Origin: Escherichia coli
Lineage (GTDB): Bacteria > Pseudomonadota > Gammaproteobacteria > Enterobacterales > Enterobacteriaceae
Assembly: GCF_030384885.1 (NCBI RefSeq)
Contig: NZ_CP128613.1
DNA length: 64,000 nucleotides
Direction: 5' to 3' (one strand)
The notes beneath the pieces are model-generated. The model was not told the origin of the DNA. It saw only the letters and a program-made list of their open reading frames with translations, and did not search any database. Numbering within the stretch: the stretch's first letter is position 1; the number at the start of each line of letters is the position of its first letter. The position numbers and the translations under genes are program-made. Shown here one piece after another: positions 21,134 to 33,852 of the stretch.

Positions 21134-21257
21134 GCTGAGGCTTTGCCCGTTTTGCAGGCGTTACGCCTGTTTGGGGATGGGCGTGTCGATGAGTGTCGAA
21201 AATAACATTTCATCGGCATGTTTTCGTCAAAAATGACAATCACCTGAGGAATGCCTG

Positions 21258-21869
21258 GTGAATCGTTTTGTAATTGCTGACTCCACGCTCTGTATCGGCT
21301 GCCACACCTGTGAGGCCGCCTGTTCAGAGACGCATCGCCAGCACGGCCTGCAATCAATGCCGCGCCTGCGAGTGATGCTAAATGAAAAAGAATCTGCGCC
21401 GCAGCTCTGTCACCACTGTGAAGATGCACCCTGTGCGGTGGTCTGCCCGGTTAACGCTATCACCCGCGTTGATGGGGCAGTGCAGCTGAATGAAAGCCTG
21501 TGCGTAAGCTGCAAACTGTGCGGCATCGCCTGCCCGTTTGGCGCAATCGAATTTTCCGGCAGCCGTCCGCTGGATATTCCGGCAAACGCCAATACCCCGA
21601 AAGCACCACCGGCACCGCCTGCTCCGGCGCGTGTCAGCACGTTGCTTGACTGGGTGCCGGGTATTCGCGCGATCGCCGTCAAATGTGACCTCTGTAGCTT
21701 TGATGAACAAGGTCCAGCCTGCGTGCGGATGTGCCCAACCAAAGCCCTGCATCTGGTGGATAACACCGATATCGCCCGCGTCAGCAAGCGTAAGCGTGAG
21801 CTGACCTTTAACACGGACTTTGGCGATCTCACCTTGTTTCAGCAGGCTCAAAGTGGAGAGGCTAAATGA
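21258..21869 (+). CDS. hycB: Formate hydrogenlyase subunit 2, 4Fe-4S ferredoxin HycB, 203 aa
   Basis: Multiple CxxCxxCxxxCP motifs. Confidence 0.9.
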   Translation: MNRFVIADSTLCIGCHTCEAACSETHRQHGLQSMPRLRVMLNEKESAPQLCHHCEDAPCAVVCPVNAITRVDGAVQLNESLCVSCKLCGIACPFGAIEFSGSRPLDIPANANTPKAPPAPPAPARVSTLLDWVPGIRAIAVKCDLCSFDEQGPACVRMCPTKALHLVDNTDIARVSKRKRELTFNTDFGDLTLFQQAQSGEAK

Positions 21870-23692
21870 GCGCAATTTCCCTGATCAATAGCGGCGTGGC
21901 GTGGTTTGTTGCCGCCGCTGTTCTGGCATTTCTCTTTTCTTTTCAAAAGGCGTTAAGCGGCTGGATTGCCGGAATTGGCGGCGCGGTGGGTAGCCTGTAT
22001 ACGGCAGCCGCAGGCTTCACTGTGCTGACTGGCGCGGTTGGCGTGAGCGGCGCGTTGTCGCTGGTAAGCTACAATGTGCAAATCTCTCCGCTTAATGCGA
22101 TTTGGCTGATTACCCTCGGCCTGTGCGGTCTGTTTGTCAGCCTTTACAACATTGACTGGCATCGCCATGCGCAGGTGAAATGCAACGGTTTGCAAATCAA
22201 TATGTTGATGGCTGCTGCCGTCTGTGCCGTCATTGCCAGCAATCTGGGCATGTTCGTAGTAATGGCAGAAATCATGGCCCTGTGTGCGGTGTTCCTCACC
22301 AGCAACAGCAAAGAGGGCAAACTGTGGTTTGCGCTGGGGCGTCTTGGCACTTTGCTGCTGGCGATTGCTTGCTGGCTGCTGTGGCAACGTTACGGCACGC
22401 TGGATCTGCGCCTGCTGGATATGCGCATGCAACAGCTGCCGCTTGGTTCCGATATCTGGCTGCTCGGTGTGATTGGTTTTGGCCTGCTGGCCGGGATTAT
22501 CCCGCTGCACGGCTGGGTGCCACAGGCTCATGCTAACGCCTCTGCGCCAGCTGCCGCGCTGTTTTCCACGGTGGTGATGAAAATTGGCCTGCTGGGTATT
22601 TTAACCCTGTCTCTGCTGGGCGGTAATGCGCCGCTGTGGTGGGGAATTGCACTTCTGGTACTCGGCATGATCACCGCGTTCGTCGGCGGTCTGTATGCGC
22701 TGATGGAGCACAACATTCAGCGTTTGCTGGCTTACCACACTCTGGAAAATATCGGCATCATCCTGCTGGGGCTGGGCGCTGGCGTAACGGGTATCGCGCT
22801 TGAACAACCGGCGCTGATTGCCCTTGGCCTGGTCGGTGGTCTGTACCATCTGCTTAACCATAGCCTGTTCAAGAGCGTACTGTTCCTCGGGGCTGGGAGC
22901 GTCTGGTTCCGTACCGGTCATCGCGATATCGAAAAACTCGGCGGTATTGGCAAAAAAATGCCGGTTATCTCCATCGCCATGTTGGTCGGTCTGATGGCAA
23001 TGGCTGCGCTGCCACCGCTGAACGGTTTTGCCGGGGAATGGGTTATCTATCAATCCTTCTTCAAACTGAGCAATAGTGGCGCGTTTGTTGCTCGTCTTCT
23101 CGGGCCGCTGCTCGCCGTGGGGCTGGCAATTACCGGTGCGCTGGCAGTGATGTGTATGGCGAAAGTTTATGGCGTTACTTTCCTTGGCGCGCCGCGTACC
23201 AAAGAAGCCGAAAACGCCACCTGTGCGCCGCTCCTGATGAGCGTAAGCGTAGTGGCACTGGCGATTTGCTGCGTGATTGGCGGTGTTGCTGCGCCGTGGC
23301 TGCTGCCGATGTTGTCTGCTGCCGTACCTCTGCCGCTGGAGCCTGCTAATACAACCGTTTCTCAACCAATGATCACGTTGCTGCTGATTGCCTGCCCGCT
23401 TCTGCCATTCATCATTATGGCGATTTGCAAAGGCGACCGTCTGCCGTCGCGTTCCCGCGGCGCTGCCTGGGTATGTGGCTACGACCATGAAAAATCAATG
23501 GTGATTACCGCTCACGGTTTTGCCATGCCGGTGAAACAGGCATTTGCGCCAGTGCTGAAACTGCGCAAATGGCTGAATCCGGTGTCGCTGGTACCAGGCT
23601 GGCAGTGCGAGGGGAGTGCGTTGCTGTTCCGCCGGATGGCGCTGGTTGAACTGGCGGTACTGGTGGTGATTATTGTTTCACGAGGAGCCTGA
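21866..23692 (+). CDS. hycC: Formate hydrogenlyase subunit 3, membrane antiporter-like HycC, 608 aa
   Basis: Polytopic membrane protein; operon position. Confidence 0.9.
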   Translation: MSAISLINSGVAWFVAAAVLAFLFSFQKALSGWIAGIGGAVGSLYTAAAGFTVLTGAVGVSGALSLVSYNVQISPLNAIWLITLGLCGLFVSLYNIDWHRHAQVKCNGLQINMLMAAAVCAVIASNLGMFVVMAEIMALCAVFLTSNSKEGKLWFALGRLGTLLLAIACWLLWQRYGTLDLRLLDMRMQQLPLGSDIWLLGVIGFGLLAGIIPLHGWVPQAHANASAPAAALFSTVVMKIGLLGILTLSLLGGNAPLWWGIALLVLGMITAFVGGLYALMEHNIQRLLAYHTLENIGIILLGLGAGVTGIALEQPALIALGLVGGLYHLLNHSLFKSVLFLGAGSVWFRTGHRDIEKLGGIGKKMPVISIAMLVGLMAMAALPPLNGFAGEWVIYQSFFKLSNSGAFVARLLGPLLAVGLAITGALAVMCMAKVYGVTFLGAPRTKEAENATCAPLLMSVSVVALAICCVIGGVAAPWLLPMLSAAVPLPLEPANTTVSQPMITLLLIACPLLPFIIMAICKGDRLPSRSRGAAWVCGYDHEKSMVITAHGFAMPVKQAFAPVLKLRKWLNPVSLVPGWQCEGSALLFRRMALVELAVLVVIIVSRGA

Positions 23693-23694
23693 GA

Positions 23695-24618
23695 ATGAGT
23701 GTTTTATATCCGTTAATTCAGGCGCTGGTGTTATTTGCCGTTGCGCCGCTGCTCTCCGGTATTACCCGCGTGGCGCGCGCCCGCTTGCATAACCGTCGCG
23801 GTCCGGGCGTGTTGCAGGAGTATCGCGACATTATCAAACTGCTGGGTCGTCAGAGCGTTGGTCCCGATGCCTCCGGCTGGGTGTTCCGCCTGACACCGTA
23901 CGTAATGGTTGGCGTCATGTTGACTATCGCTACCGCGCTGCCGGTAGTGACTGTCGGTTCTCCGCTGCCGCAACTGGGGGATTTGATCACTTTACTGTAT
24001 CTCTTCGCCATTGCGCGTTTCTTCTTTGCCATTTCTGGTCTGGATACCGGTAGTCCGTTTACTGCTATTGGCGCGAGCCGTGAAGCGATGCTGGGCGTGC
24101 TGGTTGAACCGATGCTGCTGCTTGGTCTGTGGGTCGCCGCGCAGGTGGCCGGTTCCACCAACATCAGCAACATCACCGACACCGTTTATCACTGGCCGCT
24201 GAGCCAGAGCATTCCGCTGGTGCTGGCGCTCTGTGCCTGCGCATTCGCCACCTTTATCGAAATGGGCAAACTGCCGTTCGACCTGGCGGAAGCCGAGCAG
24301 GAGCTGCAGGAAGGTCCGCTCTCTGAGTACAGCGGCAGCGGCTTTGGCGTCATGAAATGGGGTATCAGCCTGAAACAGCTGGTGGTGTTACAGATGTTCG
24401 TCGGGGTGTTTATTCCGTGGGGACAAATGGAAACCTTCACTGCCGGTGGGCTGCTGCTGGCGCTGGTGATTGCCATCGTCAAACTGGTGGTCGGCGTACT
24501 GGTTATCGCGCTGTTCGAAAACAGCATGGCCCGTCTGCGTCTTGATATTACACCACGCATTACCTGGGCTGGTTTTGGCTTTGCATTTTTAGCGTTCGTC
24601 TCCTTGCTGGCGGCGTGA
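23695..24618 (+). CDS. hycD: Formate hydrogenlyase subunit 4, NuoH-like membrane protein HycD, 307 aa
   Basis: Membrane protein; operon position. Confidence 0.9.
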   Translation: MSVLYPLIQALVLFAVAPLLSGITRVARARLHNRRGPGVLQEYRDIIKLLGRQSVGPDASGWVFRLTPYVMVGVMLTIATALPVVTVGSPLPQLGDLITLLYLFAIARFFFAISGLDTGSPFTAIGASREAMLGVLVEPMLLLGLWVAAQVAGSTNISNITDTVYHWPLSQSIPLVLALCACAFATFIEMGKLPFDLAEAEQELQEGPLSEYSGSGFGVMKWGISLKQLVVLQMFVGVFIPWGQMETFTAGGLLLALVIAIVKLVVGVLVIALFENSMARLRLDITPRITWAGFGFAFLAFVSLLAA

Positions 24619-24635
24619 TTAAAGAGAGTTTGAGC

Positions 24636-26345
24636 ATGTCTGAAGAAAAATTAGGTCAACATTATCTCGCCGCGCTGAATGAGGCATTTCCGGGCGTCGT
24701 GCTGGACCACGCCTGGCAGACCAAAGATCAGCTGACTGTCACCGTGAAGGTGAACTATCTGCCGGAAGTGGTGGAGTTCCTCTACTACAAGCAGGGGGGC
24801 TGGCTGTCGGTGCTGTTTGGTAACGACGAACGCAAACTGAATGGTCATTACGCCGTTTATTACGTGCTGTCGATGGAGAAGGGCACCAAGTGTTGGATTA
24901 CGGTTCGCGTCGAAGTTGACGCCAACAAACCAGAATATCCGTCCGTGACGCCGCGCGTTCCGGCGGCGGTGTGGGGCGAGCGTGAAGTGCGCGATATGTA
25001 CGGTTTGATTCCGGTAGGGCTTCCGGATGAACGCCGTCTGGTGCTGCCGGATGACTGGCCGGATGAACTCTACCCGCTGCGTAAAGACAGCATGGATTAT
25101 CGTCAACGTCCGGCACCAACTACTGATGCTGAAACCTACGAGTTCATCAACGAACTGGGCGACAAGAAAAACAACGTCGTGCCGATTGGTCCACTGCACG
25201 TCACTTCTGATGAACCGGGCCACTTCCGTCTGTTCGTTGATGGCGAAAACATTATCGACGCCGACTACCGCCTGTTCTATGTCCATCGCGGCATGGAAAA
25301 ACTGGCGGAAACCCGCATGGGTTACAACGAAGTGACCTTCCTCTCTGACCGAGTTTGTGGGATCTGCGGCTTTGCCCACAGCACCGCTTACACCACGTCG
25401 GTGGAAAACGCGATGGGTATTCAGGTGCCAGAACGTGCGCAGATGATTCGCGCCATTTTGCTGGAAGTGGAACGCCTGCACTCGCATCTGCTCAACCTTG
25501 GCCTTGCCTGCCACTTCACTGGCTTTGACTCCGGTTTTATGCAGTTCTTCCGCGTGCGTGAAACCTCCATGAAAATGGCGGAGATCCTTACCGGTGCGCG
25601 TAAAACCTACGGCCTGAACCTGATCGGCGGGATTCGTCGCGATCTGCTGAAAGATGACATGATCCAGACCCGTCAACTGGCGCAGCAGATGCGTCGTGAA
25701 GTGCAGGAGCTGGTGGATGTGCTGCTGAGCACACCGAACATGGAACAGCGCACTGTCGGCATTGGTCGTCTGGACCCGGAAATTGCCCGCGACTTCAGTA
25801 ACGTCGGCCCGATGGTCCGCGCCAGCGGTCACGCCCGCGATACCCGTGCCGATCACCCGTTTGTTGGTTATGGCCTGCTGCCAATGGAAGTCCACAGCGA
25901 GCAGGGCTGCGACGTGATTTCCCGTCTGAAAGTGCGTATCAACGAAGTCTATACCGCGCTGAACATGATCGACTACGGTCTGGATAACCTGCCGGGTGGC
26001 CCGCTGATGGTGGAAGGCTTTACCTACATTCCGCACCGTTTTGCGCTGGGCTTTGCCGAAGCGCCGCGCGGTGATGATATTCACTGGAGCATGACCGGCG
26101 ACAACCAGAAGCTGTACCGCTGGCGCTGCCGTGCCGCGACCTACGCGAACTGGCCGACCTTGCGCTACATGCTGCGCGGCAACACCGTTTCTGATGCGCC
26201 GCTGATTATTGGTAGCCTGGACCCTTGCTACTCCTGTACCGACCGCATGACCGTGGTCGATGTGCGTAAGAAGAAGAGCAAAGTGGTGCCGTACAAAGAA
26301 CTTGAGCGCTACAGCATTGAGCGTAAAAACTCGCCGCTGAAATAA
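24636..26345 (+). CDS. hycE: Hydrogenase 3 large subunit HycE, 569 aa
   Basis: Begins MSEEKLGQHYL; NiFe large-subunit motifs (RVCGICG); start at internal ATG of the track ORF. Confidence 0.9.
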   Translation: MSEEKLGQHYLAALNEAFPGVVLDHAWQTKDQLTVTVKVNYLPEVVEFLYYKQGGWLSVLFGNDERKLNGHYAVYYVLSMEKGTKCWITVRVEVDANKPEYPSVTPRVPAAVWGEREVRDMYGLIPVGLPDERRLVLPDDWPDELYPLRKDSMDYRQRPAPTTDAETYEFINELGDKKNNVVPIGPLHVTSDEPGHFRLFVDGENIIDADYRLFYVHRGMEKLAETRMGYNEVTFLSDRVCGICGFAHSTAYTTSVENAMGIQVPERAQMIRAILLEVERLHSHLLNLGLACHFTGFDSGFMQFFRVRETSMKMAEILTGARKTYGLNLIGGIRRDLLKDDMIQTRQLAQQMRREVQELVDVLLSTPNMEQRTVGIGRLDPEIARDFSNVGPMVRASGHARDTRADHPFVGYGLLPMEVHSEQGCDVISRLKVRINEVYTALNMIDYGLDNLPGGPLMVEGFTYIPHRFALGFAEAPRGDDIHWSMTGDNQKLYRWRCRAATYANWPTLRYMLRGNTVSDAPLIIGSLDPCYSCTDRMTVVDVRKKKSKVVPYKELERYSIERKNSPLK

Positions 26346-26354
26346 GGAATCGCC

Positions 26355-26897
26355 ATGTTTACCTTTATCAAAAAAGTCATCAAAACCGGCACGGCGACCT
26401 CGTCTTACCCGCTGGAGCCGATTGCGGTTGATAAAAACTTCCGTGGTAAGCCAGAGCAGAACCCGCAGCAGTGCATCGGCTGTGCAGCCTGCGTCAATGC
26501 CTGCCCGTCAAACGCCTTAACGGTTGAAACTGACCTCGCCACCGGTGAGCTGGCGTGGGAGTTCAATCTTGGACGCTGCATCTTCTGTGGACGCTGCGAA
26601 GAAGTCTGCCCGACGGCGGCAATCAAACTGTCGCAAGAGTACGAACTGGCGGTGTGGAAGAAAGAAGATTTCCTGCAACAGTCCCGCTTCGCGCTGTGCA
26701 ACTGCCGCGTCTGCAATCGTCCTTTCGCCGTCCAGAAAGAGATCGACTACGCCATTGCGCTGCTTAAGCACAATGGTGACAACCGTGCGGAAAACCACCG
26801 CGAAAGCTTTGAGACTTGCCCGGAATGTAAGCGCCAGAAATGCCTGGTGCCGTCTGACCGTATTGAACTGACTCGCCATATGAAAGAGGCCATCTGA
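26355..26897 (+). CDS. hycF: Formate hydrogenlyase subunit 6, Fe-S protein HycF, 180 aa
   Basis: Ferredoxin-like Cys motifs. Confidence 0.9.
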   Translation: MFTFIKKVIKTGTATSSYPLEPIAVDKNFRGKPEQNPQQCIGCAACVNACPSNALTVETDLATGELAWEFNLGRCIFCGRCEEVCPTAAIKLSQEYELAVWKKEDFLQQSRFALCNCRVCNRPFAVQKEIDYAIALLKHNGDNRAENHRESFETCPECKRQKCLVPSDRIELTRHMKEAI

Positions 26898-27664
26898 TGA
26901 GCAATTTATTAGGCCCCCGTGACGCCAACGGCATTCCGGTCCCGATGACGGTGGATGAATCCATCGCCAGTATGAAGGCGTCGTTACTGAAAAAAATCAA
27001 ACGTTCTGCCTACGTTTACCGCGTGGACTGCGGCGGCTGCAACGGCTGCGAAATTGAAATTTTCGCTACCTTATCGCCGCTGTTCGATGCAGAACGCTTC
27101 GGCATTAAAGTTGTGCCGTCTCCGCGTCATGCGGATATTTTACTGTTTACCGGCGCGGTCACCCGTGCAATGCGATCCCCTGCGCTGCGTGCGTGGCAGT
27201 CTGCGCCGGACCCGAAAATCTGTATCTCCTACGGCGCCTGCGGTAACAGCGGCGGGATCTTCCACGATCTCTACTGCGTGTGGGGTGGTACGGATAAAAT
27301 CGTCCCGGTGGATGTCTACATTCCGGGGTGCCCGCCAACGCCTGCCGCCACGCTGTACGGCTTTGCAATGGCGCTTGGCCTGCTGGAGCAGAAAATTCAC
27401 GCCCGTGGGCCGGGTGAACTGGATGAACAACCAGCAGAGATCCTGCATGGCGATATGGTGCAGCCGCTGCGTGTAAAAGTAGATCGCGAAGCACGCCGCC
27501 TGGCGGGTTATCGTTACGGTCGCCAGATTGCCGATGATTTCCTGACGCAGTTAGGGCAGGGTGAAGAGCAGGTTGCACGCTGGCTGGAAGCGGAAAACGA
27601 TCCGCGTCTGAACGAGATTGTCAGCCATCTGAATCATGTTGTTGAAGAGGCGCGTATTCGATGA
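26897..27664 (+). CDS. hycG: Hydrogenase 3 small subunit HycG, 255 aa
   Basis: NuoB-like small subunit; operon position. Confidence 0.9.
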   Translation: MSNLLGPRDANGIPVPMTVDESIASMKASLLKKIKRSAYVYRVDCGGCNGCEIEIFATLSPLFDAERFGIKVVPSPRHADILLFTGAVTRAMRSPALRAWQSAPDPKICISYGACGNSGGIFHDLYCVWGGTDKIVPVDVYIPGCPPTPAATLYGFAMALGLLEQKIHARGPGELDEQPAEILHGDMVQPLRVKVDREARRLAGYRYGRQIADDFLTQLGQGEEQVARWLEAENDPRLNEIVSHLNHVVEEARIR

Positions 27665-28071
27665 GTGAAAAGGTGGTGTTCAGTCAACTGAGCCGTAAAT
27701 TTATTGATGAGAACGATGCCACGCCCGCCGAGGCGCAGCAGGTGGTCTATTACAGCCTGGCGATTGGTCACCACCTTGGGGTTATCGATTGCCTGGAAGC
27801 CGCGCTCACCTGCCCGTGGGATGAATATCTGGCATGGATTGCCACTCTGGAGGCGGGCAGTGAAGCCCGCCGTAAAATGGAAGGCGTGCCGAAATATGGT
27901 GAGATCGTTATCGACATTAACCATGTGCCGATGCTGGCCAACGCATTCGATAAAGCCCGGGCAACGCAAACTTCGCAGCAGAAAGAATGGAGTACCATGC
28001 TGTTAAGTATGCTGCATGATATTTATCAGGAAAATGCCATCTATTTGATGGTGAGGAGACTGCGTGACTGA
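27661..28071 (+). CDS. hycH: Formate hydrogenlyase maturation protein HycH, 136 aa
   Basis: Operon position and size. Confidence 0.85.
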   Translation: MSEKVVFSQLSRKFIDENDATPAEAQQVVYYSLAIGHHLGVIDCLEAALTCPWDEYLAWIATLEAGSEARRKMEGVPKYGEIVIDINHVPMLANAFDKARATQTSQQKEWSTMLLSMLHDIYQENAIYLMVRRLRD

Positions 28072-28534
28072 CGTTTTACTCTGTGTTGGCAATAGCATGA
28101 TGGGCGATGATGGCGCAGGTCCGCTGCTGGCGGAAAAGTGCGCCGCCGCGCCGAAAGGTAACTGGGTGGTGATTGACGGCGGTAGCGCACCGGAAAACGA
28201 CATTGTCGCCATCCGCGAACTGCGCCCGACGCGACTGCTGATTGTCGACGCCACGGATATGGGGCTAAACCCCGGCGAGATCCGCATCATCGACCCGGAT
28301 GACATCGCTGAGATGTTTATGATGACTACCCATAACATGCCGCTGAACTACCTTATCGACCAGTTGAAAGAAGATATTGGTGAAGTGATTTTCCTCGGTA
28401 TCCAGCCGGATATCGTCGGTTTTTACTACCCGATGACCCAGCCGATTAAAGATGCGGTAGAAACCGTTTATCAACGACTTGAAGGCTGGGAAGGGAATGG
28501 TGGATTTGCGCAGTTAGCGGTGGAAGAAGAGTAG
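28064..28534 (+). CDS. hycI: Hydrogenase 3 maturation endopeptidase HycI, 156 aa
   Basis: Operon position and size. Confidence 0.9.
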   Translation: MTDVLLCVGNSMMGDDGAGPLLAEKCAAAPKGNWVVIDGGSAPENDIVAIRELRPTRLLIVDATDMGLNPGEIRIIDPDDIAEMFMMTTHNMPLNYLIDQLKEDIGEVIFLGIQPDIVGFYYPMTQPIKDAVETVYQRLEGWEGNGGFAQLAVEEE

Positions 28535-28701
28535 TTCGTAGACAAACATATTCACGTTTTTGAATCTGGACGTGCTATTGTGACGTTTAGACGGGTGTTT
28601 ACATATTGTGAATACTCGTGTGATCAACTACTATAGAAAAATAAAACCGAAGGAACGGGTAGTCCAGGCTTAGTCATTCAGGCGCTGATAAGGAAGTTAA
28701 A

Positions 28702-29013
28702 ATGCACATCATTTCGAAAGCGCCATTTGAAGAGTGCGCGCGCAAATATCCTAACGACGCTCTGGCTTTACACTCATTGTATCGGGTTATTAAGGAAACG
28801 GATTTTTCTACGCCAGAAGAAATGCGAACGGCGTTTCCCAACCTCGACAATTTTAAATATCGTAACAAATGGTACGTTCTGGATGTAGGCGGGAACAATC
28901 TTAGGGTTATTGCCTACATAAACTTTGTTAATAAGCGGTTCTTTGTGAAGCACATAACGAATCATGCCGAGTATGACAAACTGACACGTTACTACAGAGA
29001 GAACAGAGAATGA
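28702..29013 (+). CDS. HigB-like type II toxin (RelE/ParE-superfamily mRNA interferase), 103 aa
   Basis: Close architectural and sequence resemblance to K-12 HigB/YgjN (VFPNLDNFKY, VGGNNLRV); AAGGAAG RBS; not placed here in K-12 as I recall. Confidence 0.75.
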   Translation: MHIISKAPFEECARKYPNDALALHSLYRVIKETDFSTPEEMRTAFPNLDNFKYRNKWYVLDVGGNNLRVIAYINFVNKRFFVKHITNHAEYDKLTRYYRENRE

Positions 29014-29429
29014 CTGCTAATGCTGCACGCGCTGTTAAAGCAACAAGAGAACTGGTCAATGCAGTCCCCTTTCTGGGAGGCAGTGACTCAGAAGATGATT
29101 ATCGTGAAGCACTGGAACTGGTCGAATATTTGATTGAAGAAGATGACACCAATCCACTTATCGACTTTCTGGCGAGCCGCATTGCAGAGTATGAAAACAA
29201 CCACGAAAAGTTTGCAGAGTTCGACAAAGCCGTTGCTGCAATGCCGGTTGGCGTGGCGTTACTTCGCACGTTGATTGATCAACATAATCTGACCTATGCG
29301 GATTTGAAGAACGAAATCGGCTCTAAATCCCTGGTCAGTCAGATTTTGTCTGGACAAAGATCCCTGACGATATCCCACATTAAGGCACTTTCAGCCCGAT
29401 TTGGCGTTAAGCCGGAATGGTTTCTTTGA
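29010..29429 (+). CDS. HigA-like antitoxin with C-terminal XRE-type HTH, 139 aa
   Basis: 4-bp ATGA overlap with the toxin gene; C-terminal HTH (SLVSQILSGQRSLTISHIKALSARFGV). Confidence 0.75.
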   Translation: MTANAARAVKATRELVNAVPFLGGSDSEDDYREALELVEYLIEEDDTNPLIDFLASRIAEYENNHEKFAEFDKAVAAMPVGVALLRTLIDQHNLTYADLKNEIGSKSLVSQILSGQRSLTISHIKALSARFGVKPEWFL

Positions 29430-29440
29430 TTTTTGACAGA

Positions 29441-29540
29441 TGCCAAACGCCAGATTGCCCGATGTGCTGCGCTTATCGGGCCTACATGTCGCACGAACTA
29501 TGTAGGCCGGATAAGGCGTTCACGCCGCATCCGGCACGTT
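29441..29540. repeat. REP/BIME element cluster
   Basis: Two inverted REP-like palindromes (gccggataaggcgttcacgccgcatccggc type). Confidence 0.7.
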
Positions 29541-29543
29541 TGC

Positions 29544-32434
<2,891 letters not shown>

Positions 32435-32519
32435 CGGATTTTATCCTGTTATCAGTAGGGTAGAGGTAGTTGTTATCAGTCGACGTGACGGGAAATTGCC
32501 GATGCTGAAACGGAATTAA

Positions 32520-32607
32520 GAAACCGGTTTCACAAAATCATGAATAGTTGATACTGATTAAGCAAGAGGGTTAATTGCTCATTTTTTATATTTGTGAAAC
32601 CGGTCAC
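32520..32607. promoter_or_regulatory. Two LacI/GalR-type operator palindromes in the ascF-ascG divergent region (candidate AscG operators)
   Basis: Perfect 12-bp palindrome GAAACCGGTTTC at 32520..32531 and related GTGAAACCGGTCAC at 32594..32607. Confidence 0.55.
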
Positions 32608-32693
32608 CTGAATATTTTTCCCGCTGCTTGCGCAAGGACAATCAGCCAACGGTGCAGTACACTGCGTTGATTGCGTGTTAAGGGATGAAAATG

Positions 32694-33704
32694 ATGACGA
32701 CAATGCTGGAAGTGGCGAAGCGCGCCGGGGTTTCAAAAGCGACCGTTTCCCGCGTGCTTTCAGGTAATGGCTACGTCAGCCAGGAAACTAAAGATCGCGT
32801 GTTTCAGGCGGTGGAAGAGAGCGGCTACCGCCCAAATTTGCTGGCGCGCAATCTGTCAGCGAAGAGTACCCAGACGCTGGGGCTGGTAGTGACCAACACG
32901 CTTTACCACGGCATTTATTTTAGTGAATTACTGTTTCATACCGCGAGAATGGCGGAAGAGAAAGGGCGTCAGCTGCTATTGGCAGATGGCAAACATAGCG
33001 CCGAAGAAGAACGCCAGGCGATTCAGTATCTACTGGATCTGCGCTGCGACGCCATTATGATTTACCCGCGCTTTTTAAGCGTGGATGAGATTGATGACAT
33101 CATTGATGCGCACAGTCAGCCGATAATGGTGCTCAATCGACGCCTGCGCAAAAACAGCAGCCATAGTGTCTGGTGCGATCATAAACAGACCAGCTTTAAC
33201 GCCGTGGCAGAGTTGATAAACGCCGGACATCAGGAGATTGCTTTCCTTACCGGTTCGATGGATTCCCCCACCAGCATTGAACGCCTTGCCGGATATAAAG
33301 ACGCGCTGGCGCAGCATAGTATTGCACTCAATGAAAAACTTATCGTCAACGGTAAATGGACGCCTGCCAGCGGGGCCGAAGGGGTAGAAACGTTGCTCGA
33401 ACGTGGGGCTAAATTTAGCGCGTTAGTTGCCAGTAACGACGATATGGCGATAGGTGCGATGAAAGCGTTGCATGACCGTGGTGTAGCGGTGCCGGGGCAA
33501 GTATCGGTTATTGGATTTGATGATATCGCAATTGCCCCCTACACCGTTCCGGCGCTCTCCAGCGTAAAAATTCCGGTGACTGAGATGATTCAGGAAATAA
33601 TTGGGCGGCTGATATTTATGCTCGATGGTGGTGCTTATACACCGCCGAAAACCTTCAGCGGAAAACTGATCCGCCGCGACTCCCTCATTGCTCTTTCGCG
33701 ATAA
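32694..33704 (+). CDS. ascG: LacI-family repressor AscG, uninterrupted
   Basis: LacI-type HTH N-terminus (MLEVAKRAGVSKATVSRVL); exact start among three clustered ATGs is uncertain. Confidence 0.85.
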   Translation: MTTMLEVAKRAGVSKATVSRVLSGNGYVSQETKDRVFQAVEESGYRPNLLARNLSAKSTQTLGLVVTNTLYHGIYFSELLFHTARMAEEKGRQLLLADGKHSAEEERQAIQYLLDLRCDAIMIYPRFLSVDEIDDIIDAHSQPIMVLNRRLRKNSSHSVWCDHKQTSFNAVAELINAGHQEIAFLTGSMDSPTSIERLAGYKDALAQHSIALNEKLIVNGKWTPASGAEGVETLLERGAKFSALVASNDDMAIGAMKALHDRGVAVPGQVSVIGFDDIAIAPYTVPALSSVKIPVTEMIQEIIGRLIFMLDGGAYTPPKTFSGKLIRRDSLIALSR

Positions 33705-33717
33705 GCATTGTCATCAC

Positions 33718-33745
33718 ATGTCATCGTCACTAGTGTCGATGACAT
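33718..33745. promoter_or_regulatory. Dyad ATGTCATCG-N10-CGATGACAT, candidate FhlA UAS upstream of hydN
   Basis: Perfect 9-bp inverted arms read directly; FhlA binding inferred from operon context. Confidence 0.4.
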
Positions 33746-33780
33746 CGTTTATTCTGCATTGCAGAATTTAATTTCTTTAA

Positions 33781-33818
33781 ATAACAATCAATTAAAAGTT
33801 GGCATGATTTGTGAATGT
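33781..33818 (+). promoter_or_regulatory. Putative sigma54-type promoter region of hydN-hypF
   Basis: ATAACAATCAATTAAAAGTTGGCA matches the hycA promoter -24 region at 23 of 24 positions; the -12 GC is not at canonical spacing. Confidence 0.4.
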
Positions 33819-33852
33819 ATCGGCGCATTAACTGTCATTGCTGGAGAATTTG

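Noticed and set aside
22601-23488. 295-aa ORF on the minus strand
   Set aside because: Antisense to hycC; low-complexity Arg/Gln-rich translation.
24651-26084. 477-aa ORF on the minus strand
   Set aside because: Antisense to hycE; His/Arg-rich low-complexity translation, not a plausible protein.
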